This document shows, piece by piece, positions 1-9,228 of a stretch of 64,000 nt of DNA (its first letter is position 1; each line of letters opens with the position of its first letter). The stretch lies in assembly GCA_036498325.1 (NCBI GenBank), contig DASYFR010000038.1:17679-81678 (forward strand), in the 5' to 3' direction. Position numbers and translations under genes: made by a program. A model generated the notes under the pieces. That model searched no databases and had not been told where the DNA came from. It worked only from the letters and a program-made list of their open reading frames with translations. The stretch comes from Solirubrobacteraceae bacterium (GTDB taxonomy: Bacteria; Actinomycetota; Thermoleophilia; Solirubrobacterales; Solirubrobacteraceae).

Positions 1-134
1 AGCTCGCGAGGCGATCCGAGGGTAGTTGCGCCGCCACGTTCGCGCGAGCCGTGTCTCCCACTTCGTCGGCGCGGACGCGCAGGAGCGCCGGCTGCGCGCC
101 ATACACTTGCGCGGATGAGCAAGCGAGCGTTGAG

Positions 135-1328
135 GTGACGAGCGCGCCGGTCGCGGGCGCGGCGCCCGCGGGCCGCGGCGTGGGCGGTGCGCCGACGCCC
201 GGCGTACTCCCGTCCCAGCGCTTGCGCGAGGCGATCGCCGAGCAGTGGCTCGTCGCCGGTCCGTGGCGGATTCCCGAGGAGTCGGTTCAGCCGGCGAGCG
301 TGGATCTGCGCCTCGGCGAGCACGCGTGGGCGCTGCGCTGCAGCTTCCTGCCGGACAGCGACTCGACCGTCGAGCAGAAGATCGAGGGGATCGCCTTCGA
401 ACGGATCGACCTGCGCGACGGGGCGACGCTCGAGCGCGACAGGCCGTATCTGGTACCGCTGATCGAGGAGCTGCGCCTCCCGGACGCGGTCAGCGCGAAG
501 GCCAACCCGAAGAGTTCGACGGGCCGTCTCGACGTGTTCACCCGCGTGCTCACCGATCGCAACCACCGCTTCGACGAGATCGCAGGCGGCTACCGCGGCA
601 AGCTGTACCTGGAGGTCGTGCCACGGACGTTCGCGATCCGGGTGAAGACCGGGCTCGCGCTCAACCAGGTCCGCCTGATGTCCGGCGAGGCGCGCCTCGA
701 CGACGAGGCGCTGCTGGAGCTGCACGCGAGCTCGCCGCTGCTCTACCGCGACTCCCGGCCGCTGGCGGCCTCGGAGCTCTCGCTGGCCGACGGGCTGTTC
801 CTCAGTCTCGACGTGTCGGGCGCGGCCGAGAGCATCGTCGGATACCGGGCGAAGAAGAACAGCCTGCCGATCGACCTGACGCAGGTCGGGGCGCTGCGCT
901 GGCGTGACTACTGGGAGCCCGTGCATCCCGAGCGGGGGGGCCGGATCGTGCTCGAGCCGGAGGTCTTCTACCTGCTGCTCTCGGCCGAGGGCGTCAGCAT
1001 CCCACCCTCCCATGCGGCCGAGATGCTCGCCTATGACCCGACTGCCGGGGAGCTGCGCACCCACTATGCCGGCTTCTTCGATCCCGGCTTCGGCTTCCAC
1101 CGCGATGACACGGCCCCGGGCAGCCGTGCGGCGCTGGAGGTGCGCGCGCGCGACGTGTCGTTCATGGTCGAGCACCGACAGCCCGTCTGCAAGCTGGCCT
1201 TCGAGCGCATGTGCGAGCCGCCGGACGTCCTCTACGGCAAGGACATCGGCTCCAACTACCAGGGTCAGCTGACGATGCTCAGCAAGCACTTCGCCGAGCA
1301 GCGCAGCGACGAGTCCGCATCCGTCTGA
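135..1328 (+). CDS. dcd: dCTP deaminase, long two-domain type
   Basis: QPASVDLRLG, ANPKSSTGRLD, THYAGFFDPGFG and YGKDIGSNYQGQ motifs. GTG at 135 chosen over 51. Confidence 0.8.
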   Translation: MTSAPVAGAAPAGRGVGGAPTPGVLPSQRLREAIAEQWLVAGPWRIPEESVQPASVDLRLGEHAWALRCSFLPDSDSTVEQKIEGIAFERIDLRDGATLERDRPYLVPLIEELRLPDAVSAKANPKSSTGRLDVFTRVLTDRNHRFDEIAGGYRGKLYLEVVPRTFAIRVKTGLALNQVRLMSGEARLDDEALLELHASSPLLYRDSRPLAASELSLADGLFLSLDVSGAAESIVGYRAKKNSLPIDLTQVGALRWRDYWEPVHPERGGRIVLEPEVFYLLLSAEGVSIPPSHAAEMLAYDPTAGELRTHYAGFFDPGFGFHRDDTAPGSRAALEVRARDVSFMVEHRQPVCKLAFERMCEPPDVLYGKDIGSNYQGQLTMLSKHFAEQRSDESASV

Positions 1329-1454
1329 GCGCTCGGCGCAGGCCCGCTCGCGCCGACGCCCGACGTTGCCGCCTGCTTCTCGGGCCGGGCGTCCCGCGAG
1401 CCATCGGGGGTCCGCGCGCCGCGCCGAGGGTGCGTCTCTAGAAACTCCAGTGTT

Positions 1455-1500
1455 TATAATCCGATCAGTCGATATATCGACCTATGATCGATGTATCGAC
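1455..1500 (+). promoter_or_regulatory. TATAAT -10 box followed by two tandem palindromic operators upstream of the IclR gene
   Basis: TATAAT 1455-1460; perfect palindrome GTCGATATATCGAC 1468-1481; imperfect copy ATCGATGTATCGAC 1487-1500. Confidence 0.6.
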
Positions 1501-1553
1501 CAACAGAACTTCCCGCCCCGGGGAAGTCCGCACAGCGCGAGGACAAGGTACCA

Positions 1554-2417
1554 ATGCCCAGAACGAGTTCAGCAGCCGCGAAAGCCAAGGACCGGCAAGA
1601 GCCCGCCTGGTCGATCCCCAGCCTACGCGAACCGCGCTACTCGCAGTCGCTCGAGCGAGGCCTCGCGATCCTCGGCTGCTTCACTCCCAAGCGCCCCGTC
1701 CTCGGGATCGCCGACATCGCCGACGAGCTCGGCATGAGCCGCTCAACGACGCACCGCTACGTGATCACGCTCGTCGCCCTCGGCTACCTCGAGCAGGGAG
1801 CGTCGCGCAAGTATCGCCTCGGGCTGCGCGTCACCGACCTGGGCATGTCGGCGCTCAACTCGACCGGTCTGCGCGAGCACGCCCACGCCTACCTCGAGGA
1901 ACTGCGCCAGCGCACCTCCTACACCACCAGCCTGGCCGTGCTCGACGGCGCCGACATCCTGTACATCGATCGCGTGCGCAGCTTCCGCCGCAACCAGGGT
2001 GGCGACGACCTCAACCTGCATGCCGGCTCGCGCCTGCCGGCGTACGCCACCGCGATGGGCAAGCTGCTGCTCGCGAACCTCCCGGACGGTGAGCAGAAGG
2101 AGCTGATCGCGTCGATCAAGCTGACGAAGCGCGGACCGAACACGATCACGAGCAAGAAAGCGCTGCGCGAGGAGCTCGTCGAGATCGAGGCGGCCGGCTT
2201 CGCGGTCAACGACCAGGAGCTCGCGTCCGGCCTGTACACGATCGCCGCACCGGTACGCGACGAGGCGCACGACGTGGTCGCCGCCGTGAGCCTTGCGGCG
2301 CACAGCTCGGTGATCTCGCTCGAGGAGCTCGTCGACGCGCTCGGCCCGCACCTGGTCTCGACCGCAGACCGCATCTCCGCACGGCTGGGCTTCCGGCGCG
2401 CCGACGAGCAGCACTAG
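1554..2417 (+). CDS. IclR-family transcriptional regulator (PcaR/PobR-like)
   Basis: SQSLERGLAIL...LGMSRSTTHRYVITL HTH; C-terminal GSRLPAYATAMGKLLLA effector domain. Confidence 0.9.
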   Translation: MPRTSSAAAKAKDRQEPAWSIPSLREPRYSQSLERGLAILGCFTPKRPVLGIADIADELGMSRSTTHRYVITLVALGYLEQGASRKYRLGLRVTDLGMSALNSTGLREHAHAYLEELRQRTSYTTSLAVLDGADILYIDRVRSFRRNQGGDDLNLHAGSRLPAYATAMGKLLLANLPDGEQKELIASIKLTKRGPNTITSKKALREELVEIEAAGFAVNDQELASGLYTIAAPVRDEAHDVVAAVSLAAHSSVISLEELVDALGPHLVSTADRISARLGFRRADEQH

Positions 2418-2463
2418 CGCCGGCCGCACAAAAGGGGGCCGTCGCATAACCTCTGGCGCCGGT

Positions 2464-2889
2464 ATGCCCGTGCCCGTCGCCAAGCGCAGCCTCGCGCTGC
2501 TCTGCGCTCTCGCGCTCGCCCTCGGGCTCGCGGCATGCGGGAGCACCGTCTCCACCGCCAGCTTCAAGGGCGAATCCCGTGAAGTCGCGCAGGCGATCGC
2601 CAACCTGCAGACCGACGCCACCGCGGGCGACCAGAAGAAGGTCTGCGCCAACGACCTCGCCGCGAGCGTCCTCACGAGACTCGGCGGGCAGGCCGGCTGC
2701 GAAAAGGCGCTCAAAGCTCAGCTCGCCGAGATCGACAACCTCGAAGCGAGCGTGAAGTCGATCCAGATCGCGAGCGGAGCAACCACGGCGACGGCGTCGG
2801 TGAAGAGCACCTACGCGGGCAAAAGCAGAACCACCGCCGTCGCCCTCGTCAAGCAGGGCAAGGCGTGGAAGGTCTCGGCCGTGCGCTAG
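2464..2889 (+). CDS. Putative lipoprotein, NTF2-like small fold
   Basis: Signal peptide with lipobox LAAC; ends WKVSAVR. Confidence 0.65.
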   Translation: MPVPVAKRSLALLCALALALGLAACGSTVSTASFKGESREVAQAIANLQTDATAGDQKKVCANDLAASVLTRLGGQAGCEKALKAQLAEIDNLEASVKSIQIASGATTATASVKSTYAGKSRTTAVALVKQGKAWKVSAVR

Positions 2890-2901
2890 CCGCGGGCCAC
2901 G

Positions 2902-4209
2902 CTAGGGCTCGAGCCGGTGTGGGCCGCGGTAGAGGAACGTGACCTCGCGGACGTTCTCCTGGCCGAGCATCTGCATCAGCAGGCGGCTGAGCCCGAAGCC
3001 GAAGCCGCCGTGCGGAGGGGCGCCGTGGCGGAAGAAGTCGAGGTAGTACTGGATCGGCTCGACGTCCACGCCCTTGTCCTCGGCCTGGGCCAGCAGCCGC
3101 TCGTAGCGGTGCTCGCGCTGGGCGCCCGTCGTGAGCTCGACACCCCGCCACAGCAGATCGAAGCTCCGCGTCAGCGTCTGATCGTCGGGGTGGCGCATGT
3201 GGTAGAAGGGCCGCACGCTCGTGGGATAATCGGTCACGAAGGTGAACTCGTGGCCGTCGCGCTGGGCGATCAGCGCCGAGAGCGCCCGCTCGCTCGGCGG
3301 GTCGAGATCGTGTCCGGCGCCGGGGGCCTCGTGGCCGCTCTCGCGCAGCAGCTGCTTGGCATCCTCTAGCGCGATCCGCGGAAACGGCAGCGCCGGGACG
3401 ATGAGCTCGATACCGAACGTCTCGGCGATCGCCTCGCCGTGCTCGGCCTTGACGGCCGACAGCACGTGCGCCAGCCAGCGCTCCTCGAAGGCCATCACGT
3501 CCTCGTGTGAGTCGATCCAGGAGATCTCCACGTCGACGCTCGTGAACTCCGTGTCGTGGCGCGATGTGAAGGACGGGTTGGCGCGGAACACGGGGCCGAC
3601 CTCGAAGATCTTGCCGAAGCCGGCGGCCATCGCCATCTGCTTGTAGAACTGCGGCGACTGCGCCAGGAAGGCCTCGCGCTCGAAGTACTCGACCCTGAAG
3701 AGCTCGGCGCCGGACTCGCTGGCCGAGCGCATGAACTTGGGCGTGTGCAACTCGATGAAGCGCTCCTCGCGCCAGTACTCGCGCATCGCATGCTCGGCGG
3801 TCGTCTGGACCTCGAAGATCAGCCGCCTGTCGGGCCGGCGCAGGTCCAGATAGCGCCAGTCCATCCGCTTCTCGAGCGCGGAGTCGGGGGCGATCGGCAT
3901 CTCCGGCTCCGCCAGCGACTCGACCTCCAGGCTCTCCAGCTTGATCTCCAGTCCGCCCAGCTTCACGCGCTCGTCCGCGACGACGGTGCCCGTCAGCGAC
4001 ACCGTCGACTCGGCCGTCAGCGCGGTGAGCGTCTCGTTGAGCTCGCTCGCGCGCTCGGGCTTGGCGAGCACGACCTGGACGAGTCCCGTTTCGTCGCGCA
4101 CGATCAAGAACTGCATGCGCTTCTGGTCGCGCACGGCGTGCACCCAGCCGCGCACGTTCACCCGCTCGCCGACCTTCGCGGGCAGTTGCTCGATCAGGGT
4201 TCGGCTCAC
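2902..4209 (-). CDS. aspS: Aspartyl-tRNA synthetase, short archaeal-type (probably non-discriminating Asp/Asn)
   Basis: OB-fold start RGWVHAVRDQKRMQFLIVRD; LAQSPQFYKQ, VFRAN and PPHGGFGFGLSRL class II motifs; 435 aa, no GAD insert. Confidence 0.9.
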   Translation of the reverse strand: MSRTLIEQLPAKVGERVNVRGWVHAVRDQKRMQFLIVRDETGLVQVVLAKPERASELNETLTALTAESTVSLTGTVVADERVKLGGLEIKLESLEVESLAEPEMPIAPDSALEKRMDWRYLDLRRPDRRLIFEVQTTAEHAMREYWREERFIELHTPKFMRSASESGAELFRVEYFEREAFLAQSPQFYKQMAMAAGFGKIFEVGPVFRANPSFTSRHDTEFTSVDVEISWIDSHEDVMAFEERWLAHVLSAVKAEHGEAIAETFGIELIVPALPFPRIALEDAKQLLRESGHEAPGAGHDLDPPSERALSALIAQRDGHEFTFVTDYPTSVRPFYHMRHPDDQTLTRSFDLLWRGVELTTGAQREHRYERLLAQAEDKGVDVEPIQYYLDFFRHGAPPHGGFGFGLSRLLMQMLGQENVREVTFLYRGPHRLEP

Positions 4210-4219
4210 GCCCGTGACC

Positions 4220-6832
4220 CTATCCGAGCGGCTCTCTCGAGCCGTTCGGCGCGAGCTCCACCTCGACCGCGAACTCCTCCTCGGCGGCCGTCTCGAGCTG
4301 CTCGATCGAGCCCGCCAGGAGCAGGTCGCCGGTGCCGAGCTCGAGCGCGTGCAGGCGCTCGGCGGTGTCGCGCACCAGCACTCGCCGCACCGGGGCGCGC
4401 ATCGGTGCGCGCGCCTGCGACTTGGCCTTGCGGATCTCGCTGAGAACCTCCGCCGTCACCTCGAGCGCGACCCTCTCGCGCGCGCCCTCGCCGCGCGCGC
4501 CCTCGCCGCTGGCGAGCGCGGAGAGCTCCTGGAAGTCGGGCCACGGCGCACGGTGGACCGAGCCCTCCCGCCACCACGACCAGACCTCCTCGCAGACGAA
4601 CGGCAGAAACGGCGCGAGCAGGCGCTGGAAGACCGACAGCGAGATGCCGAGCGCGAGGCTGACCGAGGCGCTCGCGCTCGGGTCGGGGTCGTAGCGGCGG
4701 CCCTTGACGAGCTCGAGGTAGAAGTCGCAGTACCACCAGAAGAAGCTCTCCGCGCGCTCGAGCGCGCGCGCGTAGTCGTAGTCCTCGAAGCTGCGCGTGG
4801 CGTCCTCGACGACGCCGGCGAGGCGCGCGACGAGCGCGCGATCGAGCGGGTGGGTGAGCGCCTCAGCGGCCGCGGGCAGGTCGGCGAGCGCGAACTTGGA
4901 GGCGTTCAGCAGCTTCACAGCCACGCGCCGCCCGACCTTCATCTGCTGCTCGTCGAAGGCGGTGTCGGTGCCGGGACGCCCGTTGGCCGCCCAGTAGCGC
5001 ACCGCGTCTGCGCCGTAGCGCTCGAGCAGGTGCATCGGCGTCACGACGTTGCCCTTCGACTTGGACATCTTCTTGCGGTCCGGGTCGAGCACCCAGCCGG
5101 AGATCGCCGCGTCGCGCCACGGCAGCTCGTCGTAGTCGAGCTGCGAGCGCAGGACCGTGGAGAACAGCCAGGTCCGGATGATGTCGTGCGCCTGCGGGCG
5201 CAGGTCCATCGGAAAGACCTTCTCGAACAGCTTGCGATCCTCGTCGCAGCCCGCCGTCTCGGCCGGCTGGCCGGCGGCGATCTGCGGCGTCAGGGAGGAC
5301 GTGGCCCACGTGTCCATCACGTCTGGGTCCCCGACGAAGCCCCCGGGCTGCCCGCGCTGGGCGGCCGTGTAGCCGTCGGGCACGTCTGTCGAGGGGTCGA
5401 CCGGCAGCTGCTCCGTCGACGCGGCGATCGGCTGGTCATGGAGCACGGCGCCGCCGTCGTCGAGCGGATACCACAACGGGAAGGGCACGCCGAAGAAGCG
5501 CTGGCGGCTGACGCACCAGTCGCCCGTGAGCCCATTGATCCAGTCCTCGTAGCGCGCGCGCATGTGAGACGGGTGCCAGCGCAGCTCGCGTCCGCGCGCG
5601 AGCAGCTCCTCGCGGTGCTCGAGCGTGCGGATGAACCACTGCCGGCTCGTCACGATCTCGACGGGACGCTCGCCCTTCTCGAAGAACTTGACCGCGCGGC
5701 TGACGGGCTCCGGCTCGCCGACCAGATCGCCGGACTGCTCGAGCAGCTCGACGATGCGCCGCCGCGCCTGGTTGATCGTCCGCCCGCTCAGCTCGCCGTA
5801 GGCCGCGCTCGCCTGCTGCACGTCGGCGCTCTCCCAGCCGGGCTCGCCCCAGGCGACCTCAAGCAGGCGTCCGTCGGGGCCGAGCACCGAACGCACCGGC
5901 AGCCCGAGCTCGCGCCACCACATCACGTCGGTGAGGTCGCCGAACGTGCAGACCATCACCAGGCCGGTGCCCTTCTCGCGCTCGACGAGCCGGTGGGTCA
6001 TGACGGGCACGCGCGTGGCGAACAGCGGCGTCAGCACGTCGCGGCCCACGAGCGCGGTGTGACGCTCGTCGTCGGGGTGGGCGAGCAGCGCGACGCAGGC
6101 CGGAATCAGCTCCGGGCGCGTCGTCTCGATCAGCGCCTCCCCGGCGCCATCGGCTGGGGCGAAGCGCACCCGGTGCATCGCCCCGGGACGCTCGCGGTCC
6201 TCGAGCTCGGCCTGGGCCACGGCCGTCTGGAAGTCCACGTCCCACAGCGTCGGCGCCTCGAGCTGGTAGGCGCCGCCGCGCGCGAGCAGGCCGAGGAACG
6301 AGCGCTGGGAGATCCGCTGCGCCAGGCGGCCGATCGTCGTGTAGGTCATCGACCAGTCGACCGACAGCCCGAGCGTCCGCCAGAGCGTCTCGAAGACCTG
6401 CTCGTCGCGCTCGGTCAGCCGCAGGCACAGCTCGACGAAGTTCGGGCGCGAGATCGCGACCGGGTCCTTCTCGGAGGGCTCATCAGGCGGGCTGAAGTCG
6501 GGGTCGTACGGGACCGCGGGGTCGCAGCGCACGCCAAAGTGGTTCTGCACGCGGCGCTCGGTCGGCAGGCCGTTGTCGTCCCAGCCCATCGGGTAGAAGA
6601 CCTCCAGGCCGCGCATGCGCCGGTAGCGGGCGACCGCGTCGGTGTGTGTGTAGGAGAAGACGTGTCCGACGTGCAACGACCCCGACACGGTCGGCGGAGG
6701 CGTGTCGATCGAGAAAATGCGCTCGCGCGGCGCGGAGCGATCGAAGCGGTAGACGCCCTCGCGCTCCCAGCGCGAGCTCCACTTCTCCTCCAAGCCATCC
6801 AGCGTCGGACGCTCGGGCACATTGCTCGCCAT
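4220..6832 (-). CDS. valS: Valyl-tRNA synthetase
   Basis: DTPPPTVSGSLHVGH, GWDDNGLPTER, WCVSRQR, DTWATS and KMSKSKGN motifs. Confidence 0.95.
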   Translation of the reverse strand: MASNVPERPTLDGLEEKWSSRWEREGVYRFDRSAPRERIFSIDTPPPTVSGSLHVGHVFSYTHTDAVARYRRMRGLEVFYPMGWDDNGLPTERRVQNHFGVRCDPAVPYDPDFSPPDEPSEKDPVAISRPNFVELCLRLTERDEQVFETLWRTLGLSVDWSMTYTTIGRLAQRISQRSFLGLLARGGAYQLEAPTLWDVDFQTAVAQAELEDRERPGAMHRVRFAPADGAGEALIETTRPELIPACVALLAHPDDERHTALVGRDVLTPLFATRVPVMTHRLVEREKGTGLVMVCTFGDLTDVMWWRELGLPVRSVLGPDGRLLEVAWGEPGWESADVQQASAAYGELSGRTINQARRRIVELLEQSGDLVGEPEPVSRAVKFFEKGERPVEIVTSRQWFIRTLEHREELLARGRELRWHPSHMRARYEDWINGLTGDWCVSRQRFFGVPFPLWYPLDDGGAVLHDQPIAASTEQLPVDPSTDVPDGYTAAQRGQPGGFVGDPDVMDTWATSSLTPQIAAGQPAETAGCDEDRKLFEKVFPMDLRPQAHDIIRTWLFSTVLRSQLDYDELPWRDAAISGWVLDPDRKKMSKSKGNVVTPMHLLERYGADAVRYWAANGRPGTDTAFDEQQMKVGRRVAVKLLNASKFALADLPAAAEALTHPLDRALVARLAGVVEDATRSFEDYDYARALERAESFFWWYCDFYLELVKGRRYDPDPSASASVSLALGISLSVFQRLLAPFLPFVCEEVWSWWREGSVHRAPWPDFQELSALASGEGARGEGARERVALEVTAEVLSEIRKAKSQARAPMRAPVRRVLVRDTAERLHALELGTGDLLLAGSIEQLETAAEEEFAVEVELAPNGSREPLG

Positions 6833-6873
6833 GGGGCGCCAAGATAGTCGTTTGCGGCGGGCGGCCCCGGCGG

Positions 6874-6975
6874 CTGCCCAGAGCGCGCCCCGGCGCCTGC
6901 GCGGTGCGCGGCTCGGCGCCCTGCTCAGAGCACTCCCCGCGTCTGCGCGGTGCTGGCTTGGCCCGCTGCTCAGGC
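6874..6975. repeat. Imperfect ~46-bp tandem repeat (two copies plus a partial third) upstream of valS
   Basis: Units start at 6874, 6921 and 6966 with CTGC(C/T)CAG; the first two share CTGCGCGGTGC. Confidence 0.5.
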
Positions 6976-7383
6976 GCTCGGGTGCGGTGCATGCGCGCTC
7001 GTGCGCGCGGCGTCCAGCCGGCGGTCACGCTCGGCGCTGTGCGCCGGGCAGTAGACACCCTTGACGTTGCCGCCCGCGAGACCGTAGCCAAGCCACACCT
7101 GCTCCTGCCAGGCGAAGCGGAAGAACCCCTCGCCGCAGCCGCCCTCGAGCTGGCGCTCCCAGGCAGCGCTGACGACGCCCTGCGGGACGCTGGCGCTGCA
7201 CGAGCAGGCGTTCGTCAGATATCCGCCCGAGACGCACCGCAGCGGCGTCGCCGCATTCTTCGTGCCCGCGCTGTGACGGCGCCGGCGATCGACCAGGACC
7301 TCGGCGAAGGCGTGATCCCAGTCGGGGACGACCCGCTGGTCGTGCTCCGCTGTCAATGTTGTTCCCGCCTCGACTGCCTGCAT
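6970..7383 (-). CDS. Hypothetical 137-aa Cys-rich protein, possibly metal-binding
   Basis: GGAGG RBS before ATG 7383; RC...CSC, GGCGEGFFRF and VYCPAH segments look protein-like. Confidence 0.6.
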   Translation of the reverse strand: MQAVEAGTTLTAEHDQRVVPDWDHAFAEVLVDRRRRHSAGTKNAATPLRCVSGGYLTNACSCSASVPQGVVSAAWERQLEGGCGEGFFRFAWQEQVWLGYGLAGGNVKGVYCPAHSAERDRRLDAARTSAHAPHPSA

Positions 7384-7496
7384 CACTGCCTCCGCTCTTT
7401 CACGGCGGACCCGGATGGCCCACTCGTCGGCTCGCTTGCCGTCTCTGCCCGATTCGGGCAACTCATGTCGTCCTTTTCGTGCAGGAGAGGCGATCG

Positions 7497-7524
7497 GTGT
7501 CCGAATTGCGCGAATTCCGGACAC
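7497..7524. promoter_or_regulatory. Inverted repeat in the divergent region upstream of the oxidase operon
   Basis: GTGTCCG-AATTGCGCGAATTC-CGGACAC. Confidence 0.4.
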
Positions 7525-7699
7525 TTGTATGAGTTTGAGAGCCCGGTCTCCTGCCGAGCGCGGCGAGCGCACGCCCTCACGTCCTCCCAGGCAATTCTAA
7601 GAATATTCTCATCTTGATCGGGATGCACGCGATCCGCCCGCGTGCATAGACTGCGACACGTCAGGGGGAGCAAGGCAAGGTTCCGACAGTGGGAGCGGT

Positions 7700-8371
7700 G
7701 TGAGCCAGTCTGGGATGAAGGTCTTGGGAGTGGGGACGGCAGTCGCGATTCTCGGTGTGCTGATCGGCCTGTACGTCTCCAGCTGGGCGACGAACCTGCC
7801 GCCCCAGGTCTCCGGGTCGGCCGCGCCGGCCTCCTCCGGCGGGACACAGCTGACGCTCGAGACGGTCGCCGCGGTCGGCCCCAAGTACAGCCCCTCGCAC
7901 CCCGATTGGGTCTCCTACCTGGTCCGCACGCACGGCAAGTGGGTGCACAGCACGAACTTCACGGTCCCGGCCAACTCCGTCATCCATGTGACGCTGTACC
8001 AGTACGACGGCGACAGCGGGCTGCGCAACCCGTTCCTGGCGCAGGTCCAGGGTACGGTCGGCGGCACCGAGACCGTCGACGGCAAGACGATCAACGCGAT
8101 CAAGCCCGAAGAAGCGTCGCACACGTTCGTGGTCCCGCAGCTCGGCGTCTTCGTGCCGCTGCCGGGCGTCGAAGAAGAAGCCAAGAACCAGTGTGAATTC
8201 GCGCCCTGCGAAGGCACTGCGCACCACACGATCACCTTCAGCTTCCGCACCGGCAAGAAGGGGCACTACCGCTGGCAGTGCTTCGTGCCATGCGCTGCCG
8301 GCTTCATCGACGGCTTCGGCGGCCCGATGCAGACCTTCAACTACATGGATGGGTTCATCAATGTGGTCTAG
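7700..8371 (+). CDS. Membrane-anchored cupredoxin-like protein (sulfocyanin/CuA-like variant)
   Basis: N-terminal TM helix; SHTF His; C-terminal WQCFVPC...GGPM...YM; first gene of the oxidase operon. Confidence 0.65.
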   Translation: MSQSGMKVLGVGTAVAILGVLIGLYVSSWATNLPPQVSGSAAPASSGGTQLTLETVAAVGPKYSPSHPDWVSYLVRTHGKWVHSTNFTVPANSVIHVTLYQYDGDSGLRNPFLAQVQGTVGGTETVDGKTINAIKPEEASHTFVVPQLGVFVPLPGVEEEAKNQCEFAPCEGTAHHTITFSFRTGKKGHYRWQCFVPCAAGFIDGFGGPMQTFNYMDGFINVV

Positions 8372-8373
8372 CG

Positions 8374-9228
8374 ATGTCCGCTGAGGCGCACCCGGGCACG
8401 CCGGAACCCAACCACGCACGGCGGTTCACGGCGATCTGGCTGGGCGCATCGGTGATCGCGACGCCGCTGGTGGTGCTGCTGCTCGGGCCCGAACTGCCTC
8501 CGGGCAAGGGCAGCGAACAGGCAGCCGGACAGGTCACCGACAACACGGTTTTGCTGGGGATGGCGACGCCCGTGCTGCTGCTCGTCGTGATCTACCTCCT
8601 CTACGCGATCATCGTCTTTCGCCAGCCCAGGGGCGGCGTGCTCGAAGGGCCGGCCGTGCGCGGCCACGCCCGCATCCAGACGGCCTGGATCGTGATCACA
8701 TCGGCGCTCGTCATCTCGCTCGCCGGCTACGGGACGGTGCGGCTGCTGGCCGACAACGGCGCCGGCTCGGGCTCGGGCCCGAAGCCGCTGACGGTGCCCA
8801 AGGGGCACAGGCTGCAGGTCCAGGTGATCGCTCAGCAGTGGGCCTTCACGTACCGCTTCCCGGAATACGGCGGCGTCGAGACGACCCACCTCGAGCTGCC
8901 CGTGAACCAGATGGTCGAACTCCACGTCACCTCGATCGACGTGATCCACTCCTTCTGGGCCTACCAGCTCGGCGTCAAGGCCGACGCGAACCCGGGCGTC
9001 GACAACATCGCCTTCGTCAAGCCGACCAAGGAACAGATCTTCGAAGTCCACTGCGCCGAGCTCTGCGGCATCTGGCACGGCGGCATGTTCGACCACGGCC
9101 GCGTCGTCTCGCCGGCCGCCTTCCAGACGTGGATCGCCCAGCAGCAGAGGTACTTCGCCCCGGCGACGAAGGTCCTCGAACCGTACGCCAAGACCTACTC
9201 ACCCGAACCAACGAGGCGCGCAGAATGA
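8374..9228 (+). CDS. ctaC: Cytochrome c oxidase subunit II
   Basis: Two TM helices, QQWAF, DVIHSFW, CuA motif CAELCGIWHGGM. Confidence 0.92.
   Translation: MSAEAHPGTPEPNHARRFTAIWLGASVIATPLVVLLLGPELPPGKGSEQAAGQVTDNTVLLGMATPVLLLVVIYLLYAIIVFRQPRGGVLEGPAVRGHARIQTAWIVITSALVISLAGYGTVRLLADNGAGSGSGPKPLTVPKGHRLQVQVIAQQWAFTYRFPEYGGVETTHLELPVNQMVELHVTSIDVIHSFWAYQLGVKADANPGVDNIAFVKPTKEQIFEVHCAELCGIWHGGMFDHGRVVSPAAFQTWIAQQQRYFAPATKVLEPYAKTYSPEPTRRAE

Noticed and set aside
3941-6847. 968-aa plus-strand ORF and other long antisense or alternate-frame ORFs (e.g. 9489..11699, 31589..33811, 32128..35742)
   Set aside because: Shadow ORFs of real genes in GC-rich DNA, with no motifs.
6833-6970. T-box riboswitch for valS
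   Set aside because: Only ACCGCG fragments; no GGTGGNACC bulge or specifier stem recognisable.
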